Shown: positions 55,389 to 64,000 of the stretch, piece after piece
Position numbering within the stretch: position 1 is the stretch's first letter
Layout of the letters: every line of letters begins with the position of its first letter
Source of the DNA: a virus
Taxonomy: Duplodnaviria > Heunggongvirae > Uroviricota > Caudoviricetes
Direction: 5' to 3' (one strand)
IMG/VR virus record: IMGVR_UViG_3300029746_000007
Span: 19,505-83,504 of that record
Length of the DNA: 64,000 nt
Notes under the pieces: generated by a model
What the model was told of the DNA's origin: nothing
Databases searched by the model: none
Seen by the model: only the letters and a program-made list of their open reading frames with translations
Position numbers and translations under genes: made by a program

Positions 55389-56976
55389 TATCAAGAACGA
55401 TTGCAGAGGAATGTATGAAGAAGAGATTTTTAATACAATTCTCGAAGAACGTGGAATTAATAATATAGATAAATTTTTAGAACCAACAGAAGATGCATTA
55501 TTGCCACTTAAAGATTTGGTCAATATTGATAAAGCAGCAGATAGAGTTATAGAAGCTATTAAAAATGAAGAAAGCGTTGCGATATTGTGGGATACTGATA
55601 CAGATGGTACGACATCCGGTGCAATAATGACGAGATATTTACAGCATTTTATAAGTTATCCAGTGGTTCCATTTATTGATGAAGGCAAAATGCATGGATT
55701 AAAGGGTCAGAATTTGGACAAGTTTAAAAGTTTTGACCTATTAATTATCGTAGATAGTTTGGATAAGAATGAAAAACAATATAAAAAATTATTTGAAATG
55801 GGTGTAGATATTATTATTCTTGATCATCATGCTATTAAACCCAATATCCCATATGACGAATATACAATATTTGTATCTTCTCAGAGATTTTATGATAATC
55901 CACAATTATCTGGCGCAGGGGTAGTATGGAAGTTTTGTAAATATTTAGATGAGTGTTTTGAAACTGATTATGCTGATGAATTAATTGATTTAGCAGCTTG
56001 TGGAATTGTTGCAGATATGATGGATATGACAATCATGGAGAATAGATACATAGTATATCAAGGACTTCAGAAGATATATAATCCTGCCATTAAAAAAATT
56101 ATTGGAGGATTTCAGTTTAATAGTACAGCAATTTCATTTAGTATTGCTCCAATTATAAATGCTGCAAATAGAATGGGTAAAAATGAGATTGTTGTAAAAG
56201 CTTTTCTTGCTGATGAGAATAAAACGGTCTTGAAATATATTAAGGAACTGAAAAAATGTAAAGAAGATCAGAATGAAGAAGTTAATAGACTTATGCCGGA
56301 TGTAATAAGCCAGTGTGAGAGTCAAAAAAATAAAAAGATGCTTACTGCTATTATTGATACTCCGTATGGCGTTGCAGGATTAATTGGTAATAAGTTATTA
56401 GAAAAATATCAAAGACCGGTATTAGTTTTGAAAGATGTTGGTAAAAAATATTCTGGTTCTATGAGAGCTATTGGAGTCGATGATTTTAGAGAAATATGCA
56501 ACGATAGTAAATTAGCAGAAGCTGACGGACACGAATTGGCAGCCGGTATTCAAATTAAAAAGGACAATTTCAATAAATTCTTGTCTTATATCGAGACAAA
56601 TCTTCCTGAATTAAAATCAGATACAACAATTAATATAGATGTTCAAATAGATATTTCTGATGTAACACGTAAATTGGTTGATTATATTAAAAAGATTGAT
56701 TTCGTGTCTGGCGAAAACTTTAAACCTGTAAGGTTTTACATCAATGATATCAGAGAATATGAAATTGGGCAGATGAGCAACTATAAGCATTTAGTAGTTA
56801 AACCTAATGATTATCTCCAGATTATTAAATGGAATTTCAATGGATCATTTGATGAAATGGATGATCATGCAATGATGAATGATGGGCTTGAGATTTGTTG
56901 CACATTAGATTCTGGTTTTCTTGGAAGAAAATTTGTTTTAAAAGCAGTATGTGATGAGATTGAGGAGGTTGATTAA
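55369..56976 (+). CDS. recJ: DHH-family phosphoesterase, RecJ-like ssDNA exonuclease
   Basis: motifs ILWDTDTDGTTSG (DxD), LLIIVDSLD and IIILDHHA (DHH). Confidence 0.75.
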   Translation: MMMTNYNIKNDCRGMYEEEIFNTILEERGINNIDKFLEPTEDALLPLKDLVNIDKAADRVIEAIKNEESVAILWDTDTDGTTSGAIMTRYLQHFISYPVVPFIDEGKMHGLKGQNLDKFKSFDLLIIVDSLDKNEKQYKKLFEMGVDIIILDHHAIKPNIPYDEYTIFVSSQRFYDNPQLSGAGVVWKFCKYLDECFETDYADELIDLAACGIVADMMDMTIMENRYIVYQGLQKIYNPAIKKIIGGFQFNSTAISFSIAPIINAANRMGKNEIVVKAFLADENKTVLKYIKELKKCKEDQNEEVNRLMPDVISQCESQKNKKMLTAIIDTPYGVAGLIGNKLLEKYQRPVLVLKDVGKKYSGSMRAIGVDDFREICNDSKLAEADGHELAAGIQIKKDNFNKFLSYIETNLPELKSDTTINIDVQIDISDVTRKLVDYIKKIDFVSGENFKPVRFYINDIREYEIGQMSNYKHLVVKPNDYLQIIKWNFNGSFDEMDDHAMMNDGLEICCTLDSGFLGRKFVLKAVCDEIEEVD

Positions 56977-59900
56977 TATTTCAGATATCGAATTAATCAA
57001 AGAAATAATTCCAACATTGACTTTTAATTTCCCTTATTCAGCAGAAGATTATGAAAAGAAGTTATATCTTGAAAATTATCATTGTCATAAAGATTTCAGC
57101 AATACTTCTACTCCAGATTGTGCGGAATTAATTAACACATATGCTGATAGAATACATGAATTTGGAGCAAAGTGTTTATATTCTGGTGAACATGGATCTC
57201 AAGGAAATCAATTCCAAGTATATAAGGTAGCAGAAAGTGAACATCTTAAATATGTACATTCTTCTGAAGTATATTGGGTAAAAGATAGAAAAGAAAAAGA
57301 TCGAACAAATTGCCATATGATTATAGCAGCAAAAAATGCTGAAGGTCGTGGTGATATTAATTTTGCTTTATCTATGGCAAATATAGATGGATATTATTAT
57401 AAACCACGTATTGATTTAGAATTATTATTCAACATTCCGAAAGATAACATAATTGTAACATCAGCATGTGTGGCTGGTTGGAATTATGAAGATGCAGAAG
57501 ATATATGGTTGAAAATACATGAATATTTTGGGGATAATTTTTTCTTAGAAGTGCAGTATCATAATACAGATAAACAAAAGGAACTCAATAAAAAAATTTT
57601 AAGAATTGCAAAAGAAAATAATATTCAAATTATATGTGGTCTTGATAGCCATTATATTAAAGAAGAAAACTCAATTAAGAGAGATCAGATTTTAAAATAC
57701 AAAAATATTAATTATCCAGATGAAGCAGGATGGTATCTAGATTATCCAGATACTAAAACAGTTATTAAGAGATTTGAAGAACAAGGGATTTTAAATAAAG
57801 AGGAAATATATAGAGCAATTATGAATACAAATGTTTTCGTAACGCAATGTGATGAAATTACTCTTGATAGGAAATTTAAAATTCCAAGTGTTCATAAGGA
57901 TAAAACGTATAAAGAAAAATGCAATATTTATAAAAATATTCTTAACAAGGCTTATTCAAAAGAAAAGGAAAAATCAAAAGAGAAGGCTGACGGTATTCGA
58001 TATGAAGCTAAACAAGTAATGGAAGCAGGTGTTGTTGATTATTTCTTGACCAGTAAAGCAATTGTAGATGATGCAGTAGAAAATGAAGGAGGCATTTTAA
58101 CAACTACTTCAAGAGGAAGTGCTGCCTCATATATCACAAATAAATTATTAGGACTTACAACAGTAGATAGATTTAATGCTGATATTCCAATCTACCCAGA
58201 ACGTTTTCTGACAAAAGAACGTGTGTTAGCTGGACAAATGCCAGATATTGATCTAAATGTAGCCACACAAGAACCATTTGTTAAAGCAGCAAGAAAATTA
58301 CTTGGAGAGCATGGTTGTTATCCATTAATGGCAGTAGAAAAACTTAAAGAAAAAGCAGCTTGGCAATTATATGCAGGAGCAAATGATGTAAAGCCAGAAG
58401 ATGCAAACCAAATTTCTAAATATCTTGATGAGTATAATAAAGCTTTAAAATATGCAGACGAAGATGAAAAAGATGATATTCATGTAGAAGACTATATTCC
58501 AGAAAAATATACAGAATTATTTAAACAGAGTAATGAATATCAAGGAATCACAATTAATTTAAAAGTTCATGCATGTGGTCATTTTATTTTTGATGGAGAT
58601 ATTCGTAGAGAAGTAGGGTTAATAAGTGCAGTTTCTGAATCGACAGGCAAAAGAACAGTATGTGCTGCTATTGAAGGTGGTTTCCTTGATGAATTTGGAT
58701 ATGTGAAAGAAGATTTTCTTATTGTAGATAGCGTTTATCTTACATATAAATTCTTTCATAGTATTGGAATGGAAGTCCCTACTTTTGATGAACTAAGACA
58801 CATGATTGCTGGGGACAAAAAAACATGGGATATTTACGCAAATGGCATTACATGTTGTGTTAATCAATGCGAGAAAGAAGCAACTACTAATCGAGTTAAA
58901 AAATATAAGCCACAGAATTTGGCAGAATTAAGTAGTTTTATTGCAGCTATTCGACCAGGATTTGCTTCATTACTTAGTACATTTTTGAATCGTGAACCAT
59001 ATACCACCGGAGAAAAAAAGATTGATGATTTACTATCGGATACAGCCCACTTCATGATATACCAAGAATCTATTATGAAAGTTTTATCTTTCTTGCAATT
59101 ACAAATGGGTGAAACATATGGTGTTATAAAGTCAATCTCAAAAAAGAAACTAAAAGGTGAGAAGAAAGAACATCTATTGGCTGAATTAAATCAATCATGG
59201 AATGATGAATTTGGAAATACTGATAATTTTAGAAATGTATGGAATGTAATTGAAGATTCTGCAAGATACGCTTTTAATTCACCACATGCTTACTCGATGG
59301 GTGGAGATTCCGCTTACCAAGCATGGTTTAAAGCGCATCATACTAAGACATTCTATGAAGTAGCAATTAATCATTATCAAGAAAAGAATAAAAAAGATAA
59401 AATAGATTCTTTGGTCAAAGAAGCAATCAGGTTTTGGGGATATAAATTAGGTGATTATGAATTTGGAGCAGATAACAGGAAAGTTACAATTAATGAAGAG
59501 AATAAATTAATATATCCTAATTTATCTAGTGTAAAAGGATTTGGAGAAGGAGTTGTCAATACTCTTTATGAATTAGGGAAAAATGAATATAAATCATTTA
59601 CAGAAGTTTTAAAAGCACTTACTTCAAATTCAATTAATAAGACAATTATAAACAAGTTAATTCGTCTTAATTACTTTAAAAAATATGGAGATGTAAATAC
59701 ATTACTTGAAACGACCAGATATTATGATTTATTGAATGGAACAAAACAGATATCTAAAGATAAAGCTGAAAAAAATAACATTCCATTTAATATCTTGAAT
59801 GAATATGGGAATGAAACAGCAAAGCAATTTAATAAATTGGATTCTGAAAAAATAATTCTCAAATTAATTTCTATGATTCCATATAGGAAATTATCTTTGA

Positions 59901-60265
59901 AAGAAATGTTAGATAATCAGCAACAAATTCTCGGAATTATAAATATCTTCGATTCGACAATAAATAAACGTTTTTATTATGTGTCCAATATAGAAGAAAA
60001 GAAAACAGTAGTTAATATTTCTTTATACGAAATCTATAGCGGTAAAACACGCCAGGTAAAAATGTGGACAAGTCAATTTTCAAAGCAAAGATTCGAACAA
60101 GGACAAATTCTATATATTATTTCCTTAGATAAAAAGAATAAAAAAGAACCAACTGGTGAAATCAATCCGAATACAGGAAAGAAAATATACAAAGAGGTTC
60201 CGGATAAATATGAATATTGGCTCAAGAAATTTATTGTAAAAGATGATTTGGAGGAAGAAGAGTGA
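56951..60265 (+). CDS. dnaE: DNA polymerase III alpha subunit (DnaE-type, PHP domain)
   Basis: 1104 aa; N-terminal PHP motif YHCHKDFSNTS; overall size and layout of a Pol III alpha; start codon unclear (no in-frame ATG near GAGGAGG at 56965). Confidence 0.75.
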   Translation: MMRLRRLINISDIELIKEIIPTLTFNFPYSAEDYEKKLYLENYHCHKDFSNTSTPDCAELINTYADRIHEFGAKCLYSGEHGSQGNQFQVYKVAESEHLKYVHSSEVYWVKDRKEKDRTNCHMIIAAKNAEGRGDINFALSMANIDGYYYKPRIDLELLFNIPKDNIIVTSACVAGWNYEDAEDIWLKIHEYFGDNFFLEVQYHNTDKQKELNKKILRIAKENNIQIICGLDSHYIKEENSIKRDQILKYKNINYPDEAGWYLDYPDTKTVIKRFEEQGILNKEEIYRAIMNTNVFVTQCDEITLDRKFKIPSVHKDKTYKEKCNIYKNILNKAYSKEKEKSKEKADGIRYEAKQVMEAGVVDYFLTSKAIVDDAVENEGGILTTTSRGSAASYITNKLLGLTTVDRFNADIPIYPERFLTKERVLAGQMPDIDLNVATQEPFVKAARKLLGEHGCYPLMAVEKLKEKAAWQLYAGANDVKPEDANQISKYLDEYNKALKYADEDEKDDIHVEDYIPEKYTELFKQSNEYQGITINLKVHACGHFIFDGDIRREVGLISAVSESTGKRTVCAAIEGGFLDEFGYVKEDFLIVDSVYLTYKFFHSIGMEVPTFDELRHMIAGDKKTWDIYANGITCCVNQCEKEATTNRVKKYKPQNLAELSSFIAAIRPGFASLLSTFLNREPYTTGEKKIDDLLSDTAHFMIYQESIMKVLSFLQLQMGETYGVIKSISKKKLKGEKKEHLLAELNQSWNDEFGNTDNFRNVWNVIEDSARYAFNSPHAYSMGGDSAYQAWFKAHHTKTFYEVAINHYQEKNKKDKIDSLVKEAIRFWGYKLGDYEFGADNRKVTINEENKLIYPNLSSVKGFGEGVVNTLYELGKNEYKSFTEVLKALTSNSINKTIINKLIRLNYFKKYGDVNTLLETTRYYDLLNGTKQISKDKAEKNNIPFNILNEYGNETAKQFNKLDSEKIILKLISMIPYRKLSLKEMLDNQQQILGIINIFDSTINKRFYYVSNIEEKKTVVNISLYEIYSGKTRQVKMWTSQFSKQRFEQGQILYIISLDKKNKKEPTGEINPNTGKKIYKEVPDKYEYWLKKFIVKDDLEEEE

Positions 60266-60795
60266 TAGATCATTTTAAATATACAGATAAGGAATTAGCA
60301 GAATTAATATCTTCTATGGTCATTTTGATTGACACGAGGGAGAAGAAGTGTGAGCATATCACGAACTACTTTGATAGAAAGAAAGTTGTTTATAAGAAGA
60401 AAGCTTTAGATTTTGGGGATTATAGTTTTATGATTCCCAAGAACGAAGCATTATCAATTCCAAGAGATTTGTATTTTAATAGGAAGACATGTATCGAGCG
60501 AAAAGCAAGTCTTGAAGAAATAAGCGGAAATTTGACCAATGGTAGGGATAGGTTTGAAAAGGAATTAAGTCTTGCGCCGGAAACTAAAGTTCTTCTTATT
60601 GAAAATGCTGACTATGGAGATATCGCAGCTGGCAATTACAATACACAATATAATAAGAAGTCTTTCGTAGGATCATTGCATAGCTTTTGGTTTAAATATA
60701 ACGTTCCGGTATTTTTCATGAAGGAGAATAAATACTCAGGACTTTTTATTCGAATGTATTTTGAATATTACTTTAAAAATTATCTGAAAGGATAA
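60262..60795 (+). CDS. ERCC4/XPF-type nuclease-like protein
   Basis: LIDTREKKCEH...ALDFGDYSF resembles the ERCC4 VDxRE...GDY signature. Confidence 0.45.
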   Translation: MIDHFKYTDKELAELISSMVILIDTREKKCEHITNYFDRKKVVYKKKALDFGDYSFMIPKNEALSIPRDLYFNRKTCIERKASLEEISGNLTNGRDRFEKELSLAPETKVLLIENADYGDIAAGNYNTQYNKKSFVGSLHSFWFKYNVPVFFMKENKYSGLFIRMYFEYYFKNYLKG

Positions 60796-60799
60796 AGCT

Positions 60800-61057
60800 A
60801 TGAATTATGAGACTCAGTATTATAAAGGAATACCATTAAATCTTGTAAGAAGAAAATATGGTAATAGGAATGCAAAGCGATTTGTAATAAACCATACAAA
60901 TCAAAATGTATGGATTCCAAACAAACATCTTAAAGAAGATGGAACAATTAAGATCACGGAGAATATAGATTATGTATTTAGAAGATCGATAAGGCAATTG
61001 GAATTAGCTGGAATTACTCAGCCAATTATAGGAATCAAAAAAAGAACAATAAAATAA
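60800..61057 (+). CDS. hypothetical protein
   Basis: plus-strand ORF. Confidence 0.4.
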   Translation: MNYETQYYKGIPLNLVRRKYGNRNAKRFVINHTNQNVWIPNKHLKEDGTIKITENIDYVFRRSIRQLELAGITQPIIGIKKRTIK

Positions 61058-61073
61058 GGAAAGAGGAGAATAA

Positions 61074-61829
61074 ATGGATAAAGTATTAGTATTTGAAACA
61101 CTTTTAAATAAATTTGAAATAGAAGAAATGAAAGATTATTGTACAGATATGATTAAAGAAATCCCTGATTATATCTTCGTAATTCCTAGTAGTACATCAT
61201 TAAAATATCACAATAAAACCCAGTGTCAACCTCATGGTCAGATTTTACATATGTTAATGTTTGGAGAAGTAATGAATTATATTCTTGACTTGGAATATGT
61301 AAAAGAAAAGACTAATGAAAGACAAAGAGATTGTCTAAGATGTACCCCAATTTTTCACGATGCTATTAAGTGTGGGACAAATGGATCTCAGTACACAGTA
61401 CATGATCATCCGTTGCTTGCTGGTGAATGGATCAGAGATACAGTCGTAGAACACGATATTGATAAAGAGACAAAAGCATATATTGCAAGATTATGTGAAA
61501 GTCATTCTGGACAGTGGATCTCAAACAGACGAAGCAGCGTTGTATTACCTAAACCAGAAAACGACGAGCAGTTTTTGGTTCATCTGTGTGATTACTTATC
61601 AAGCAGATCAAATATTGATATGACATATTCAGATGAGGTATATGATGCGCTTGGTGGTATTAAGGTTGCGAAAGAAGATCTTCCAGATATTAATGAATAT
61701 AAATTAACTTTTGGCAAACATGCCGGTATGACGTTGCCAGAAATTCAGAATGTTGCTCCTGGATATATTAGATGGGCAAAAGAGAATATTACTAGAGAGC
61801 CTGTAAGAAGTTTATTGGCTCAAATGTAA
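61074..61829 (+). CDS. HD-domain phosphohydrolase
   Basis: ILHMLMFGE (H), IFHDAIKCG (HD) and VHDHPLLAGE (H...D) blocks. Confidence 0.6.
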   Translation: MDKVLVFETLLNKFEIEEMKDYCTDMIKEIPDYIFVIPSSTSLKYHNKTQCQPHGQILHMLMFGEVMNYILDLEYVKEKTNERQRDCLRCTPIFHDAIKCGTNGSQYTVHDHPLLAGEWIRDTVVEHDIDKETKAYIARLCESHSGQWISNRRSSVVLPKPENDEQFLVHLCDYLSSRSNIDMTYSDEVYDALGGIKVAKEDLPDINEYKLTFGKHAGMTLPEIQNVAPGYIRWAKENITREPVRSLLAQM

Positions 61830-62169
61830 AAAATTAAAAATCTATGTCAAAAATTTCCCTTAAAATGGGGCTTTTTTGGACGTGATTTTCGGATGAAAGG
61901 TCGATTTCATTATGTGGGGTGAAGAATAAATGAATATAGAATTAAGTGAAGGATTTTGTAAAACAATTGCTGATATTCTTGACTACTGTGTAGAAGGACA
62001 TACTGATAGTTGTACTATAAAAATGAATGTAAATGAAAATACGGACATTAAGATTAATATGCATTTCGAAGTATTAAAAACAGAAAGAGAATAGCAGAAC
62101 AAGGAAGATATGAAAAAGCTGCTATATTGAATTAAGTTATGGGAATAAAGAATAAAGGAGTATAGACCA

Positions 62170-62730
62170 ATGGGAACTAAAGATAATACTTATGCAAACA
62201 CAGGAAAGAGGTTATATTTTCTATCTGATGATGTAGATAATGAATCAATTGGACAACTTACATGGAACATCTTGCATCAGCTTGCAGAAGATGACGAGAA
62301 AGACAAGAAAGAAAAAGATTATAAACGTGAGCCAATTAAAATCTATATTAATTCGTATGGTGGAGAAGTTTATGACATGTGGGGATTGATTGACATTATT
62401 GTAAATAGTAAAACACCAATCTATACATATTGTACTGGCTATGCTATGAGTGCAGCTTTCAATATCTTCTTAGCAGGTCATAAGAGATATTGCTATAAAC
62501 ATTCTACATTTATGTTCCATCAGCCTGCTTGTTGGATTAGTGGAAAATATACAGATATTAAAGAAGACATGGCAGAACATGATCGAATGAATGAATATAT
62601 TATCCAGTATATTCTTGACAGAACATACTTTAAAAAAGAAAAATTGGATAATATTTGGGAGAAAAAACAAGATTTTTATATTAATTCAGAAGGTGCTGAG
62701 AAATATGGAATTGTTAATGAAGTTTTGTAA
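62170..62730 (+). CDS. clpP: ClpP-family serine protease
   Basis: INSYGGEVYDMWGLID, catalytic Ser in GYAMSAAF and His in FMFHQPA. Confidence 0.8.
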   Translation: MGTKDNTYANTGKRLYFLSDDVDNESIGQLTWNILHQLAEDDEKDKKEKDYKREPIKIYINSYGGEVYDMWGLIDIIVNSKTPIYTYCTGYAMSAAFNIFLAGHKRYCYKHSTFMFHQPACWISGKYTDIKEDMAEHDRMNEYIIQYILDRTYFKKEKLDNIWEKKQDFYINSEGAEKYGIVNEVL

Positions 62731-63051
62731 AAACGAATGTGGTAGTGAACGATCTATTATTATTAGAAATAACAAAAGTAAAACCTTGGGCTATATATTT
62801 TAATTATGGAAACAAACATTATTTGCTTCATGGTAAAGCTAGTATGTTTGAAATTTTTCTAGAAGTATGGAGGACGGAGAATAAAAAGCATGAGTAACGT
62901 AAAAATATACACAGTCGATGACGAAGAACCAAATTGTAATAGATGTGATCATGTATGTGATTCCGATATAGTGTGTCAACAGTATTGTGGAAACGAGCAT
63001 TATTGGAATGGATATTCACGAACTGAATTTATCGAAGATGGAGAATAAAAA

Positions 63052-63864
63052 ATGACAGAATTTATTTCATGTAAAGAATATGCAGCCAATCTAAAAGAAG
63101 AACTAAAAGAGTTATGCAAAAACTCACTAAGACAGCGTTGCCTTACAGTAATTCAGATTGGAGACAACAAAGCAAGTAACTCTTATATAAAAGGTAAAAG
63201 AAAAGATTGTGAATATGTTGGTATAAAGTTTAATCATATTCATATTACAGATTATGAAAATCTTGATGAATCAGATTTATGTCAAATTATTAAAGGTCTA
63301 GACAATTCTAAAGAAGTTGATGGAATCATTATTCAACTTCCTATTCCGGATAAATACAATATAAAAATATTACAACAGTTTATTAGTCCAGAAAAAGATG
63401 TTGACGGATTTAGAAAAGATTCACTTTATAATCCATGTACACCACAGGGAATTATTGACTGGCTTGAAGTTAATGACATTGATCTAAGAGGTAAATTAGT
63501 AACTGTATTAGGAAGAAGCGAGATAGTAGGAAAACCACTTGTAAATATGCTTATTGATAAAGGCGCAACAGTTATTAGTTGCAATAGCAAGACACAAAAA
63601 TATCACATGGAGAATTTTATGAAAATGTCAGACATTGTTATTTCTGCAATTGGCAAGCCTAAGAAGTTTGATTCATCTTATTTCGGCATCGATACTATTA
63701 TTATAGATGTTGGTATAAACAGAGATGAAAACGGAAAGTTATGTGGAGATATTGATCAAAAAGATGTTGAAGATTATTTTGGTAATTGTTGTTATGTAAC
63801 ACCTGTGCCTGGAGGGGTGGGATTGCTTACAAGAGTCACGTTGTTAAAAAACGTAATGAAATAA
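63052..63864 (+). CDS. folD: bifunctional methylenetetrahydrofolate dehydrogenase / methenyl-THF cyclohydrolase
   Basis: aligns along its length with E. coli FolD (recalled from memory): IQIGDNKASNSYIKGKRKDCEYVGI, DGIIIQLPIP, PEKDVDGF, PCTPQGI, SEIVGKP, AIGKP, IIDVGINR, VTPVPGGVG. Confidence 0.9.
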   Translation: MTEFISCKEYAANLKEELKELCKNSLRQRCLTVIQIGDNKASNSYIKGKRKDCEYVGIKFNHIHITDYENLDESDLCQIIKGLDNSKEVDGIIIQLPIPDKYNIKILQQFISPEKDVDGFRKDSLYNPCTPQGIIDWLEVNDIDLRGKLVTVLGRSEIVGKPLVNMLIDKGATVISCNSKTQKYHMENFMKMSDIVISAIGKPKKFDSSYFGIDTIIIDVGINRDENGKLCGDIDQKDVEDYFGNCCYVTPVPGGVGLLTRVTLLKNVMK

Positions 63865-64000
63865 TCAAGTAGGAGAGAATATCTATAATAAATATCATCG
63901 ATGTGTAAAAATGGAGGAATAATAGTAAGCGCTTAAATTTTAGACATGGATACAAAAATCCCCGGCCACATTTCTGCAACCGGAGCACCTTGATAATTCA

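Noticed and set aside
56951-60265. Possibility that the polymerase is a DpoZ-type (PolA-family) Z-DNA polymerase accompanying PurZ
   Set aside because: The protein has a PHP domain and the size and layout of a DnaE-type Pol III alpha. No PolA-family motifs were seen.
62591-63019. Track ORFs 62591..62803 (+) and 62828..63019 (-)
   Set aside because: The first overlaps the ClpP 3' end out of frame. The second is antisense to a small Cys-rich plus-strand ORF (62890..63048) that has an RBS. Both are likely spurious.

Overview
This window is a low-GC (about one third G+C), AT-rich stretch of a large Firmicutes-type phage or prophage genome. All but one gene reads on the plus strand, and there are no capsid, tail or terminase genes, so this is the early, accessory, replication and nucleotide-metabolism part of the genome.

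Landmarks from left to right:
- About 17 kb of small accessory ORFs. Many are Cys-rich zinc ribbons; there is also a P22-Ant-like antirepressor and a ParB-like + DUF262 pair.
- A lysogeny-type switch: a tyrosine integrase (18164..19213), then a lone minus-strand XRE repressor (19806..20153) diverging from a clear TTGACA-17-TACAAT promoter. That promoter drives a solitary MazF/EndoA-like toxin.
- An ECF-like sigma factor, followed by a second DUF262 protein and a ParB/PUA-like protein.
- An unusual ~1 kb non-coding island (24.76-25.79 kb) holding a direct-repeat-flanked GC-rich insert, a structured segment and a 2-repeat/1-spacer CRISPR-like unit. A 686-aa orphan protein follows it.
- A vWA protein, then an HNH-AP2 homing endonuclease abutting a PurA/PurZ-family adenylosuccinate-synthetase homolog. 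The conserved GDEGKG P-loop of this homolog is encoded in frame upstream of its first start codon.
- Remnants of a C5-methyltransferase and of an SPFH protein, and two DUF2829 (Tad2-like) proteins, one of which carries a RyR-domain insertion.
- A 1.5 kb tRNA/ncRNA island (45.95-47.45 kb).
- A replication module: an acidic-tail protein, a Sak4-like ATPase, a DnaB-like helicase, a DnaG-like primase, RecJ, a DnaE-type Pol III alpha and an ERCC4-like nuclease.
- Finally an HD phosphohydrolase, ClpP and FolD.

A recurrent intergenic hairpin that overlaps upstream TGA stop codons and sits just ahead of the GGAGG ribosome-binding sites appears at least 15 times.

All calls rest on reading the translations and the nucleotide sequence by eye; no database searches were run.
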